Shown here in pieces: positions 41,626 through 56,330 of a DNA stretch of 64,000 nucleotides. Positions within the stretch are counted from its first letter, which is position 1; the number at the start of each line of letters is the position of its first letter. This DNA is from Eledone cirrhosa (lineage: Eukaryota): assembly GCA_964016885.1 (NCBI GenBank), contig OZ024745.1, positions 69,254,001 to 69,318,000 on the forward strand, written 5' to 3'. Under the pieces are notes generated by a model. That model did no database searches and was not told where the DNA came from. It was given only the letters and a program-made list of their open reading frames with translations. Both the position numbers and the translations under genes were made by a program.

Positions 41626-42253
41626 TGTATAATTACATACATATATGTATACAGACGTACAGTAGTATATATATATATATATACATACATGCACACATAT
41701 ATATATATGTACGTAAGGATTTACCGAACATTTATTATAATGCTCGGTGTGTTTGTAAACAAACATCCCGAATTAACCGTAGTGTCTAGCAACCATCGTT
41801 GCTCTTTTGTTCAACATTGACAAAGGAACGATGTACTAGTTTCAAGCTTATTAGCTATCGTCAGCACCGTATACCATCCTGCCAGATGATTGAACGTCTG
41901 AAAGTATATACTTTCCTTATGGTTATTAACGGCTTAGTAGCCTAATTTGCATATCGAGTGAGTTAATCGGCCGGGCGCATCAAAAACGATAAACGGAAAA
42001 AATGAAACGAAATTTCATTTCTCACTTTTAGTACGGCTGTTACTTAAATATAAGTATGTGTACGTAAATACATACATGTATACATGTATCCATAGGTACA
42101 TAAATATATATATATATGTGTGTGCAAGTATGTATATATATATACATACTACTGTACGTCTGTATACATATATGTATGTACGTATACATACTTATATTTA
42201 AGTAACAGCCGTACTAAGAGTGAGAAATGAAATTTCATTTCATTTATCCGTTT
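41625..42253 (-). mobile_element. Second copy of the 16573 retrozyme-like unit, with its own inverted 5' segment (about 42146-42253)
   Basis: 41720-42050 is the diverged reverse complement of 16747-17090; about 41990-42066 is inverted at about 42178-42253. Confidence 0.8.
41829..41869 (-). ncRNA. Minimal type I hammerhead ribozyme
   Basis: Minus strand cggtg-CUGACGA-tagctaataagctt-GAAA-ctag-UA-catcg, with stem I fully paired. Confidence 0.88.
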
Positions 42254-42534
42254 ATATATATATATACATGTAAATATATGTATGTATGTGTGTGAGTATA
42301 TATATATATATATATATATATTGGTAAAAGGAAAAGAAAATGCTGACAAATTGTTCCCAGTGAAAAATAGTTTAATTAGGAATAAGTAAACATTAGTACT
42401 AAGTATTGGTTAGTATTCAGTTTTAGTTTTAAGTTTTTACCGGTTGCGCATTTCTAATGCTTTTCAAAAATAATTTTGAGATAGTGCGCCCGTGATGTTT
42501 GGTCTCTCTCTCTCTCTCTCACTCTCTCTCTCCC

Positions 42535-42676
<142 letters not shown>

Positions 42677-42866
42677 ATATATATGTATGTATGTATATAT
42701 ATATATATACATATAAATATATGTATGTATGTATATATATATACATATAAATATATATACACACATATATATATATTGTGTGTGCGTGTGTATGTTCGTA
42801 TACATATATAAGTGCAATATATTATATGCCTATATATATATATATATATGTATATATATAAATATG

Positions 42867-42912
<46 letters not shown>

Positions 42913-43051
42913 CACATATATATATATATATATATAGGCATATAATATATTGCACTTATATATGTATACGCACATACACACGAACACACAATATATATAT
43001 ATGTGTGTATATATATACATGTAAATATATGTATATATATATATATGTATA

Positions 43052-43105
<54 letters not shown>

Positions 43106-43227
43106 CATACATATATATATATATATACATACATATAATTACACGCACACAAGGACATACATATATATATATATATGTATATACATATATATATGTGTAT
43201 ATACATATAATATATATATGTATATAT

Positions 43228-43261
<34 letters not shown>

Positions 43262-43276
43262 GTGTATATACATACA

Positions 43277-43332
<56 letters not shown>

Positions 43333-43360
43333 ATATCCATACAATATATATATATGTATA

Positions 43361-43397
<37 letters not shown>

Positions 43398-43555
43398 ATA
43401 CTTTGGGAGGGTCATGTTGCCAATAAGAAACACACGCACCAGTTGCTTTCACTTCAATTTATTATATATTTATAAATTTATAAATTTACAAACCTACAAA
43501 CTTATAAATTTCTGGTTGGTTGGTTGGTTCCACAACCAGATAGTTGTTTATATAT

Positions 43556-43600
43556 AGTCATAGTCCCTTCGTCACACACTGTGTGACCTCTTCAGTGACT
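43556..43600 (-). ncRNA. Hammerhead ribozyme variant (GAAG instead of GAAA)
   Basis: Minus strand agtca-CUGAAGA-g gtcacac agt gtgtgac-GAAG-ggac-UA-tgact; perfect stems I and II. Confidence 0.65.
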
Positions 43601-43830
43601 GGGGATTCCTTTCTTTGTTTCTGTGCCTTTCCTTTCTTCTGTCCTACGCCATTTTGTTTCTGTGTGTGTGTTGTGTGCTCAGTTTGCGCATGCGCCACAT
43701 CCGGGTGTCTGTGTGTGTTTGTGTTCATTTATCTATTTGTTTATTTATTTACATGTTGTTGGTTGGTTGTTTGTTCTATGTGTGTGTGTGTTTTCATTTT
43801 GTCCTTAATGTAAGTTGTGATGTTGTTGTT

Positions 43831-43889
<59 letters not shown>

Positions 43890-45608
43890 TAACTTTGAGA
43901 ACTCCGATAGGTTTCGGCCAGTAATGGCCCAGGCCATGTCTAAATTAATAGCACCACCTGGCGAAGTCTTACAAATCAGTGTTTGGGCACCATGGCCCCC
44001 TCGAGCAGAGAGTTATTTTTTACGGAGGCATATCCGGGTGTAGGAGGCTTATCTGGGATTTCTTGAAGGAATTTATCCAAAGACTTCTTGAACTTGATGG
44101 GGTCTGTCTCTGTTTGATGTGTTTTGGTGTAATGTTAAAGAGTGCAGGGTCAATTGAGGTGAAATAATTGTGCCGTATTGTTGTTATGAGATGCGAGTGA
44201 GATTTTTGTCGTGGGCAGATAGCACGGGGCCCAAGCCTTGGGTGTACATTTAGGGTGATGCCAACATCATTTGGGCAAAGCTGAAGGAATATTTTCCACA
44301 TCATGCAGATAATGTAGCGTGACGTTGGAGAGAATAAAGGTTGAGATTTTCTAATCGACTCCAATAGTCAAGGCCTGTCATGCCATCTGTACTTTTTTTC
44401 GTGTGGGGAGACCACAGTGGACAACACTATTCAAGGTGGGGTCGGGAAAAAGTGGAGAAGAGAAGGATAACAGTGTGGATATCTCTCGACTGGAAAGTTC
44501 TGAGAATCCAGGAACACATTCTGCGGGCCATATCAACTTTGCTGTTTATATGAGTGGCCCAGCTTATGTTGTTGCCCACAATTACTCCAAGGTCTCTGAT
44601 GTTATTGGATTCCACTAGAGTTTCACCCGAAGGAAGGGAGTATGGTTGTTTCAGGGCATCTTTTTTTTCCAAAGTCGATTAATTCAAACTTATCGTCATT
44701 CAACAGCATATTATTCATCTCTGCCCATTGGATAACAGCCAGTAGGTCTGACTGAAGGCAAGTCCGGTCAGCCACCTCATTGATGACCCTTTGGAGCTTG
44801 GATCATCTGCGAAGATTCTTATGTTGCTGTGCTTGATGATGTCAGTAATGTCATTAATGTATATTATGAAAAGAAGTGCGTTCAACACAGTGCCTTGTGG
44901 GACGCCACTGCTGGCTTTGGCAGGGCTTGATTTTACTCCTTCGACTACAACAAGCTGGGTTCTGCTTGTCAGGAAAAATTTGATCCACTGTAGTAACGTT
45001 CCAGAGACACCAACATTGGATAGTTTTTTCAGTAGAATCTTATGATCAACCCTGTCAAAGGCCTTGCTGAAATCAAGGTAAATGACATCAGAGTTGGAAC
45101 CCTCTCCCAAGGCTCTCAAAACATCGTCAAAGTGATGCAGTAGCTGCATTAGGCAGTCCCTTCCATTACGGAACCCATGTTGGCTGGAGTTCAGCAGGCC
45201 GTTGCTTTCAAGAAAGTGGGTTATTAGTGATCTCACCACCCTCTCAAATACCTTGATAATATGAGAGGTGAGTGAGATCGGACGGTAGTTCACTGCAAGG
45301 GACTTATTTCCCTTTTTGAAGACTGGGACAACGGACTGGGACAGAAAGCTTTCAGGAATATAGCCAGTGTCCAGTGATTTCCTCCACAGATTAGCAAAAG
45401 GAGATGCAAGTTGGTGTCGACACACCTTCAGGACACAAGCAGGGAACCTGTTGGGGCCTACTGCTGAATTGTGTTTAATTGCGTTTATTGCCGCTAAGAC
45501 ATCAGGGGCGCCAAACATTATGTCTGATATAGTGTGTTGGGGGTTAATATCACTGATACAGCCCAGAACGGCCATATCAGGATTGCTGAAAACAGAGCAG
45601 TATTGTTT
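43890..45608 (-). mobile_element. CR1-group (CR1/L2-like) LINE, 5'-truncated RT plus 3' tail, decayed
   Basis: NYRPISLTS, QHGFR, IYLDFSKAFDRVDH, SGVPQGTVL, IFADD, RDLGVIV, RPHLE; 3' stem-loop ggcca-ttac-tggcc. Confidence 0.9.
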
Positions 45609-45785
45609 TTGGCAGTATCGGTAGAGGGTCGGACGCCATGCTTTCAAGCATAGTTACGTCCCTTTACGATCTGAGTTCAAATCCCGCCGAGGTTGACTTT
45701 GCCTTTCATCTTTACGGGGTCGATAAAATAAAGTACCAGTCATGCACTGGGTAATTGCTGGCCTTGTGCCTAAAGTAGAAACAAG
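45609..45785 (+). mobile_element. tRNA-derived SINE (Meta-domain-like) abutting the CR1 fragment
   Basis: Full SINE consensus. It supplies the false N-terminus of ORF 44715-45647. Confidence 0.88.
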
Positions 45786-46021
45786 TATTGTTTCTGCAGT
45801 ATCTCGCGCATGGTTTTGGCATTGTCTTGGAGTGTGCCATTTTCATCAACTAGGGGCCAACAGTGGAGACGGTGACCTTGTGTTTTTTAGCAAATATATA
45901 TGAGTGTATAGGTGTATATATATATTATTCATAGTAATATACAGAATTACACTCATACTCACACATACACACAACACACATAAACTCACATACATATATT
46001 GGTATATGTCTCTCTGTGTGT

Positions 46022-46140
<119 letters not shown>

Positions 46141-46229
46141 TATTGAAGTTTCCATTGAAAATTGAATAGTCATAGGAATGAAGAATGCTCTATGTAAGTA
46201 TCAGAGCTAAATTGTATTGTTTATTATAC

Positions 46230-46342
<113 letters not shown>

Positions 46343-46691
46343 TAACTGAATATGTTCTTTATACCCAACTCATAACTCGTTGTTACGATATAACAACAAT
46401 GAATACATAGTTGTATGGTATATATTATGTATATATTTTATTGATGTCGACGTGATGGTCCAGGTTAGTCAAACAATTTTTCCCGGGTTCAGTCTTTTTC
46501 GTCGCTATGGTCACGGCGGCCCTTCTATCGGTCGCTGTATTCATTTTGCAAAGCTGTCTAAACGTAATATTATAATCTAGGGTTATATACCCTATCGAGT
46601 GCTTAGCTGCACACCGAAAACTGCAATTAGTTAGCTTGACTGCATCCATGGCTTCGTTGATGCTGTACTAAATTGTGTATATATATACATA

Positions 46692-47583
46692 CGAGGTGGG
46701 TCAGGAAAGTTCCAGGACTGATCTCACATAAGATTTATTTTCAAACCCAAACTTCAAGAGTTTTCTCCTTTCAAAGTAACCCCCCTGGAGGTCTAATGCA
46801 CTTTTCCATCCTATTCTGCCACGCTTGCATGCACTCCTGAAGGATTCTTCCGGGATTCTCCACAGTTCCATTGTCACGGCCTTTTTGATGTCGTCTACGT
46901 CTTAAAATGGGTCCCCTCCGGGTCGTACTCGAATATCCATCGCTCATCACCGGTGATGACTGTCCCTAGCAAGTCTGGTTCGGTTTCAAGAAGCTCGAGA
47001 TGTCCTGGAACACTTGCATGCGTTCACTCTTCTGGTCATCGTTCAGCAGTTTTGGCACCATCTTCGCGCAGACTTTCCGCATGTCCAAATCTTCAGTGAG
47101 AATCTTCCAGACGCTGTCCCGATTCATGCCCAGCTCATTTGCCATCAGTCGAACAGTCAGCCGACGATCGCTACGCACCATCTTCCTGACGCGCTCAACG
47201 TTGACCTCAGTCTTGGTTGTTGAGGGCCTTCCGCTCCTGGGGGTCATCTTCCACGTCCTCGTGTCCTTCTGTAAACCTCTTGCACCACTCAAAAACACGT
47301 AAGCGTGACACCGTCTCATGTCCATACACTTGCTGCAGCAATCCCAGTGCTTCTGACGGAGTTTTCCCAACCGTCCATTGCACTGTGCTCATTGCTTGAC
47401 GACCTGAAACAGAGGACATGTATATACAATTATGAAGAAAAAAGTTTGATCGTTGAAGAGAGCTGAGATTACAGTTACATACTCCAGGGGGATTAATTTG
47501 AAGGAGAAAACTCTTAGTGTGAAGTCTGGGTTTGAAATAAATCTTTTGTCACATCAGTCCTGAAACTTTTCTGACACACCTCG
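46692..47583 (-). mobile_element. Mariner (Tc1/mariner) DNA transposon, internally deleted, about 100-bp inverted ends, TA target duplication
   Basis: TA-cgaggtg...cacctcg-TA; transposase remnants GKTPSEA..VFEWCKRF, PRSGRPST, CAKMVPKLL, VITGDERW, CIR..GGYFEGE; most of the DDD domain is deleted. Confidence 0.93.
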
Positions 47584-47598
47584 TATATATATTTATAT

Positions 47599-47680
<82 letters not shown>

Positions 47681-47695
47681 TCTCTCTCTCTCTCC

Positions 47696-47728
<33 letters not shown>

Positions 47729-47847
47729 CATATATACATACATATATATATATATTTGTATGTGCGTGAAATAATGTGAATGTAGGTATATATATATATA
47801 ATATATATATATATATATACATATTTATATAAATATATATATATATT

Positions 47848-47882
<35 letters not shown>

Positions 47883-47937
47883 TTATTTATATATATATAT
47901 ATATACATATATACATATATATATATATACACATATA

Positions 47938-47977
<40 letters not shown>

Positions 47978-50900
47978 TATATGTGTGTGTATGTGTGTGT
48001 ATAAATATATAAGTGCAATTTATTATATTCCTATATGCATATGTAAATAAATATTGCCGTTAATGGATGGCAGCTTAAATTGTAAATAAATACATAAATA
48101 ATTAAATGATTCGGAATCTTTTCATAAGATGCCGTTTTGAATAAATTAAAAAAATAAACCCCCATTAACACTGTAAATATTGTCACAATATTTTCATTTT
48201 ATATTTATCTTTCATCCATAACTTTCCTATCAAAGATGCTCTCATATAAATATTGACAAAAATCATGAATTATTTACAATTTGTAAAATGACGGGTTTGG
48301 GCGAGGATAAACAAGCCACTATATTGGATGATATCCTCCATGGACGATGGATGAATCTTTAAAATGTTAAATGGATTTCAATAAACAGCTAACATGCTGT
48401 TAAAATGCAAGAAAATAATCGATTAGACACTTGTTCACTATAGATCAATAATCAATAGGAAGCTTTTTAATGAGTGTGTATTTTTAGCGTTCGTTTATAC
48501 TTGTTTTCACATGAAAAAATAAATGTCTTGCGTTCAGGCATCTTCCTCAAGATATTTGCTTGGTGAAGCGGAGAAGACAGTTGCTAAGCAACTTGCCAGC
48601 TAAGCTGGAGTAACATTCAAAGTCAACTTTCTATTTGGATTTTTAATCCGGCATTAGATTACCTTCACTTTATTCAATGTAGTGGAAGAGGACAGACGAA
48701 AACGTGAATGAATGTAAACAATATTGAGTACGAAACTACAGATTACATGGTCAATTCTATGAAGTAGCTCTGTTGAGTAAATATTAATTCTAATTTAAGA
48801 AGTTCATTTAGAAACAAAATCAAATAAACTATACGTCGTGTTTTTTCTCAAAGGTAATGGCAATCCGCCTATATGAGGGCTACCTACGTACTATTTCCTC
48901 TTATTGACTTCATTTTTATACTGTTCATTGTATATAAATATACAGAAGATATAATTGAGATATAAACCAGTTGGAATTATTTGAATTCTTTCATGTTTTA
49001 CGCAGAAATAGTTCAGTCATTATTTTGTTGCAAATGTTGTCGATGAAAGAAACGTTCGTTATGTAATATTATGACTATATCTAATTGCAGATAAAAAAGG
49101 AATACATAGAAAAGAACGATTCACGTCTAAAAATATTTTTACCCTCAAGCATTGTAAAATAGTAAATTTGTTGTAAGAAGTGGTTGAAGATTTCCATTTA
49201 GAGAAATAATAATTTTTGCTGTAATATTCTATAATATTTCGGTAACGAATAGTGAAGTGTAAATTTTAGCAATCAAGTCGCTTTACTTATTTTCAAGCAA
49301 ATAAACACGAAAATAATAAGATTTACTAGCTTAGGTCACAGTGACATATAGGATAGGTTAGATATTTATGGAATTAGAAATAATCAGAAATAGACGGTGA
49401 GACTGAGTATGTCTTCCGTCTAGGTATTCAATTTAATGTTCATTATATACAAATTACAAGTCCTGAAATAAACAGAAACATACATATCCTTGAGGTTCCC
49501 TTAAATTCAATTAGACGGCCGTTTGACAGGTCATTAGGCCATTAGAATATATGCTTTGGTATTTGGTCCGGCTCACTGTGGTCTGAGTTTAAATCATGCA
49601 GAGATAAATTTTGCTTTATATCCCTTTGGCGTTGATGAATAAGAACCCGCCAAGGGTCGATAGTTTAGCAGAATTGTGAAAAGGGTCGGTTAGCAAACTT
49701 TGCAGTATCTAATCCTGTGCAGTGCATTTCTAGTACAAATACTGCTTGCTTCTGCAACTAGCAGATAATGTTAGTAATGGAAAGATCGATGGTGACATTG
49801 TTTCTATGATAAGATCTAATAATTGGCTACATTCTTTTTTCACTTAGAAATATTATTCTGTTGTAAATTCTTCTATAGCCATCATATTTCTACTGTATAC
49901 AGGACGTGGAAATAAGATAGTGCAACCGGCAGTTTTATATCGTTAAAACTAGAGAGTTATCGGTCTGGCTTGGTGGAAAAGAGTTAATAAGTTTCAGCAA
50001 TTTAGAGAGAAGATATATATGATAGAGACATAGATAAAACGATTTCTTCATGAAACTAACTAAATGTTAAAATGGAATAATACCCCACCCACCACATGCA
50101 AGCTTGGAGAAAGGGACGTGAACACCATGATGATGATGATGATGATGAGGATGATGGTGATGGTGATGAGTTAGATAAAACAAAACTGATTCAGCTAGCT
50201 AATTATTCAATTTCTTTTCATTTGATTCTATTCAATATTCAAATTCAAAAGAAAACAAAACCTAAATAATAGGAAATTCCATGACTGATGTTCCGTCGGT
50301 TTCTACGATAGGCGTTTAGCAGTTTGATCATCTGACAACCGATATACTAAATTAACATTTAAGTGGCTGATTAATCCATAGACACATGTGCCATTAACGT
50401 ATTATCCAGTTGGAATTTGTCTGAGACTATATCTAGCGAGAATGGGCATTTTGATTACAGGTACAATCCACCCATGAAACTTTTCAAGAGGTTTTATTTT
50501 CTCGGCTTTACTCACAAGTCTTGGGATCATGTAGCTTATGGTAAGATGCCAAGGGTATGTGATAAAGTTGTCACTTTAATTTCCAGTTATAATCCACCCG
50601 CCAGCCTATCATGCTGTTTTCTAATTCCACTCACAAGGCTTGGCTCGCTCAGAGACGATGGCAAATAACACTTGTCCAAGTGGCCACGAATTAGGTTCGA
50701 ACCCCGTATCGTATTGCAAAGCAAGCTACTAAACTATTCGGAGCTATTACAGAAAGAGTGACTGAATAAAATACCACTCATATACGTCTTAATAATTTAA
50801 GTTTCTATCAAGTTCCACAGTTGATTGAGTTTAACACCATCAAGGTAAAAAACTTTAGACCAGCCCTATTGATGCCGGAATTCCTGTCAGAACTATTTAG

Positions 50901-52361
50901 GGTCATGTAAGATTACATGTTTTTAGTGTTCCTTTCCTTATATAAGAGTATGGTGAATGATATATCGGAGTTTATTTGCTATTTCTAGCATAGAATGATA
51001 CAACTCAATTACAGTATTGGTCTGGTAACCGCTTACAACACCGAAAGAGCCTGTATAAAGTTATGAAATAAAAATAATTAGTTAAATGAGAAGATCATAA
51101 GGAATCATAGTCATGCGATAATCAGGTTTTGATTTATAGACATAAACATAATAATCTATCTGACCTTAAATAAACCATGAAACGTCAGTAATTCACGAAT
51201 TTACTAATCACCTCAAATAATAACGAAATTAGCATCGTTTCATTACAGAATAAGTCTATATGAAAGTATAAATTACAAGAGACAAAAATTAAGCAGTATA
51301 AATATTTGAGTTTCAAAGAATAAGTATCAGTAAAACCCATAATTTTCAATTGAAATGTTTGAGTGTGAAGATATTTATCAGGGAAAACGATACGTGGGAG
51401 TTAGTTGTTTAGTATTTCTTATGAAAAATCAATACATACAATAGAAATATGATTGAACACACAAAATAATCAAAATCGTATTTCGATACGTTAATGACCC
51501 ATAACTGATAAATTCATAGTTATGCACAGAGATTTCCATCATTAATATCAATATATTTTATAGTGTGTTATACGGAAGATTTCAGCGAAAATTTATTACA
51601 AGGTATTATGAATGTCATCATTCAGACATTTCTAAAGTAAGGTCCCGTAATATATTGTTCAATCTAAAGTCGCAAACACGTTTGTGCTTGGTCTTCAGCC
51701 TGCAACTTGTCCCAAACAATACTGCCCCAGTCTTAAACAGGAGTACGCCTAGGTACAAACAAATTCCAATCTAACATCGAAACTATCCATTTTACCAATA
51801 CAAAATATGGACGTTTATGTGTCATTCTAGAAGTTTATTTCCAACATTTGACAATAAATATTAATTATACATTAGAGATGTCTTGAAATGCATCTGTTTT
51901 TATTATTGTCGATCATATACGGTAGAACTGACATAAAAAATATACGGTAGAATTGACATAAAAAATATGATTACAAAAAAGTCACACCTGAAATATAATA
52001 AAAATTCTATAACTAGAATCAGTTTAAAGGCAAAAAAGGCCATTTCCTGCTTAGTTTTCTTGTTTGGAAAACATGTATGTGTTAAGTAAAGCCGTTGACG
52101 TAAATGTGACGTCACCTAACAGAATTCCAGTCAATACGCTTAGACGTACTTTCTCTAAGAACTGTTGTCGCTGGATGATTATAGATGGAATATTGGGTAG
52201 TTGGCGTACAGCCATTATCTGACTGAGACACCAATAATCAACGCCGAGTTGCTACGTAGTTATAATTCACATAATTAGATACACAGCCTGACATATTCGA
52301 ACCAGGTGTACAATTTAAATATATCAGGAGACGGAAAAATAATTCATGGTACAAATATTAA

Positions 52362-52543
52362 TAATTGTTTCTATTAGAGGCACAAGGCCAGCAATTACTC
52401 AGTACATTACTGGTACTTTATTTTATCGACCCCGTAAAGATGAAAGGCAGAGTTAACCTCGGCGGGATTTGAACTCAGATCATAAAGGGACGTAACTTTA
52501 TGCTTCAAAGCATGGTGTCCGACTCTCTACCGATACTGCCAAT
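52362..52543 (-). mobile_element. tRNA-derived SINE (Meta-domain-like)
   Basis: Full consensus on the minus strand; atattaataat on both flanks. Confidence 0.88.
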
Positions 52544-53749
52544 ACATATTAATAATATTATCATATAAATATATTTATCACGCAGTCTTGAAGTATTGTG
52601 TTTCGAGAAAACTGAAACGTTTTGTTAATCCTGTCGCCAAGAATTCAAATAACAATGTAAGCCAAGTAAAGACTAACACAGTATATGACAGGAAAGAATA
52701 CTACAATTAATTAAAGCTACATTTCAATTGAGGAGTCGTAAGGAATTGGATTAATGTTCACCCGTTTCAAACCAAATTACATGAAACCGCCCCTTGTTCT
52801 AAGATACAAGACTGCTTGTTTTAAAATGTATAGATTTATCTGAAAAAACAAATATGTTATGGCGATAGAAGTACTGGTCTCCAGTAAGCAGAAGCAGGGC
52901 TTAACAGATCAGAGTTGAAAACTAATTAATGTAATTATATTTTAATATATAATCATTCCCTGCGATTAATAAATAAAAACAAAACATTTTTGCAATGTAG
53001 TGGTGTTGTGGAAATATCAAAAGTGGAGGAGATAAACATTATAACTTGTAATGTGCTTTCACGAGAATGAGGGTCGCCTGTTTAGCAAAACATCCAGGGT
53101 CAGTAGTAGCTTAGCGAAACGTGGCCATGTGCCTTTTCGAGATCTGTAAAGCAAGAATACACTTTTTGCCATACACACACGATTTCTTAAAGACCTGCCG
53201 CAATGTGGATGTTTGGTCGGCTGTGCTGCGTTCGGGGCGAAAAAAACATAGTTGATCGGTTAGCTTGGGTTCGACAATTTCCCTTCACCTCTTTGCCAGG
53301 CACTTAGATTAGACCTTACAGGGGTGGATTAAAAAGGAATTCCCGCTATAATTGGAGAAATCTATCTGCACTCCCTTTTTGAAAATTGGGGATTATCATT
53401 CTGTATTAAATTTGCTTAGGTGCCTTTTCAGAGATTCAGGCTACCCAGCACAAACGAATCCGCCGGACAACAAGTCTGTTTAAGGCTTTTAATATCCCGG
53501 GCCGAATTTCATCTTCCCCAGCGGCCTTGGCACTGTAATTGCTCTTTAATTTCTCTTGCGACCTCAGCCTCAGAGAGAGTACTCATCGAGCCCAAATGCA
53601 CCGCACGTTAACAGAAGATGCTGTTATGATCCATTTAAGGAGATCAGAAAAGTATTATCTCCACCTCTCGAGGATGCACCACTCTACAATTATGAGAACC
53701 CCAGACGAAGGGTTCCTGATAGCAGGCATGGGGGAGCATAATTTATTAC

Positions 53750-54520
53750 GAGGTCAGTGATCTGACAAAAAACTTTATTTGCTGATCTGAATTCGGATTT
53801 CAGCTTAAAACCAACTCTGCCCATGTCTCAATTTTCGTCACCTTTATTGTCTCTACTACGATTTTTCATGCCTTCTTGTACCGCTAGTGTAATAAGGAGG
53901 TGTTATTTTCAAGCTAAGCTTTATAGTTCTCCTTCTTTGCTAGGATGTCCTCCTTGACCTTAGCATCAGGTGCCAAACCAAACCTTTTTTTGCTTAAGAG
54001 CTGAAGCAAAATCTGCTGAGCTGAAAAATCTCCTACCTGTTTCAACATTCACAGTTTACTCAGTTTCTCTAAATTTGGATACAATAGTATTCACATACCT
54101 GGTTCTGAATTCAATATCCACCAACGTCTCTCACATTATCCTATTAGTTAACCTGGGCATGCCTGTTTGTGGACCTCTCTGTCTTTAGGTAGTATCATGT
54201 TGAACATTACTAGATAGTGATCAGTTGACCGCTCAACCCCTCTCATAACACGAATATCTGTACATAATCGAAGACATCAGAGACAATAACAAAATCAATA
54301 ATTGATCTCAGTTCCTGTTTCCCCTTACACTTATGGATGTCTCTGTTCTAGAAGAAGGCGTTCATAATAGAAAGTCCATTGCTAGAAAATAAGTCAAATA
54401 AAGCCGTTCCTTCCAATCTCTAATTTGGGTATATGACTCAAACTTAACTAGATCTAACAAGGAATGATCTGTATTCGGACTACTTGTTTGGTGTTCATAT
54501 ACTTACACCACCGACAGTGA
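53750..54520 (-). mobile_element. Decayed RTE-clade LINE fragment (AP endonuclease C-terminus plus linker)
   Basis: Manual minus-strand translation gives NGLSIMNAFF*NRDIHK..RSIIDFVIVS..TDIRVMRGVERSTDHYLV, then DAKVKEDILAKK..SANKVF. Confidence 0.75.
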
Positions 54521-54643
54521 CATGTCTTTCAGTCTAAGCTTCAAGAAGCAAATACTCCCCGCTAACAGAATGCAGTCAATAACACATTCTAACGGACGTC
54601 ATTTCTGGCGCCTCACTGTTTTTCTCTCTCCCCTCTCTGTCTT

Positions 54644-54676
<33 letters not shown>

Positions 54677-54887
54677 CTGTGTGTGTGTGACATTGTCAAT
54701 ACCTGTGCCTAACTCCTGTAACGTATTTTTATCTAGCCACCGGATGATTTGAAATTTGAAAAATCTGGAAGACTCGAATGCAGGATATAACGGGTTTAGT
54801 AGTCGATACTAGCTGAGAAGACCGAGTAAATTACCCCTACCTGGAAACTGTACAAAAGTAGCCATCAGCTCCTTCAGAAAATGTCAA

Positions 54888-54959
<72 letters not shown>

Positions 54960-55063
54960 GCACACACACACACACACACATCCACACACACACACACACA
55001 CACACACCCATACACACACACACACACGCACACACACGCACACATCCACACACACACACACAT

Positions 55064-55100
<37 letters not shown>

Positions 55101-55629
55101 CACACATATATATATATATGTGGATTTATGTGTGTATGTATAAAGTGTTGTGCAGAACAACTATGACGGGAACTGTTGACCATGATGGCCTGGCAATGGA
55201 TTAAATTGGCTACTAGTAGTGGTAGTGTCTTGAACGCCATTAAAGAGAGAATGACCATCGGCTGATGTGCTGATTCTGACATTTGCCAATAGGAAAATTA
55301 ACATCCAATAATAAGATTAGGTGGGTTCCAACTGAAATATACCTGATAAGAAAATCAAAACTGCCAAGGGAAATGGATGTTCTAAGAGTTAGTGTCAAAG
55401 GTAATTAGATAAGGATAATGAAACTAAAGAGGACACCATATTGAAAGCCAGGAAATACATACAGGTAAAAAAAAAAATGAATAATAAAATCGTAACCAAA
55501 ATCATGCGATGAATATACTGTTTTAGAAAGTCATTTTCTGAAAGAAGTTTCAAAAAGAATAACAAATGTTATATAAAAAGTAATAATAAAAATAGTAATG
55601 TATTATCAGTGTAAGGTTTTCTGCATTAT

Positions 55630-55741
55630 TTTCAAATCCCGCCGAGGTTAACTTTGCCTTTCATCCCTACGGGGTCGATAAAATAAAGTACCAGTAATGC
55701 ACTGGATAATTGCTGGCCTTGTGCCAAAAGTAGAAACAATT
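55630..55741 (+). mobile_element. SINE, 5'-truncated
   Basis: Runs from the B-box to the tail of the same family. Confidence 0.85.
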
Positions 55742-56116
55742 ATTTTCTATGTTTATATGCAAGGAAAAAAATTACTTCAATACATTTCACGTTTCAGAAT
55801 ATTATGCATCTATTTTTTTACCAAATATATCAAATGTATCAATACAGTGGATCGGATTTGATCGAGAGACGAATCTCAAATTTTTATCAGCATATTTAAA
55901 AAAAAAATCGTTGACTATTTTAAAGATTATTTCCTAAATGTTGTTTTTAAAATAAATTTTGCATAAAGGCAAAGGAACAGTCTAAGTTTTAAAAATTTCA
56001 CAGGTGTTATATGCTTCAAATTATATACACACATGAAATAATTGTTTCTACATTTGGCACAAGGGCAGGAATATGGTATAGTTTATATGGATGGATATCC
56101 TTCTTAACAATGATAA

Positions 56117-56330
56117 TAATAGTTTCTAATTTAGGCACATGGTCAGCAATTTGAAACGGAGGCAAAAGTCGATTAAAGCGATCCCAGTACTAACTGGTTC
56201 TTTATTTTGTCGACCCCGTGAGGAGGAAAGAAAAAGCTAACCTCGACGGGATTTGAACCCAGAACTTAACGGATTTTAACCTCTATCCCGCAAAACATGT
56301 TGACCGATGCTCTACCTATACTGCCAAATA
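56117..56330 (-). mobile_element. Diverged SINE (related subfamily)
   Basis: gtcgaccccgtgaggaggaaag..aacctcgacgggatttgaaccc..tactgccaa. Confidence 0.65.

Noticed and set aside
43891-43935. Minus-strand ggcca-ttac-tggcc-GAAAC resembling the HHR 3' half
   Set aside because: No CUGANGA; better explained as the CR1-group LINE 3' stem-loop.
46490-46535. Minus-strand hairpin plus GAAA (similar case near 41295-41325)
   Set aside because: The core is too degenerate (TAGAAGG / TAAACGA) and there is no stem I.
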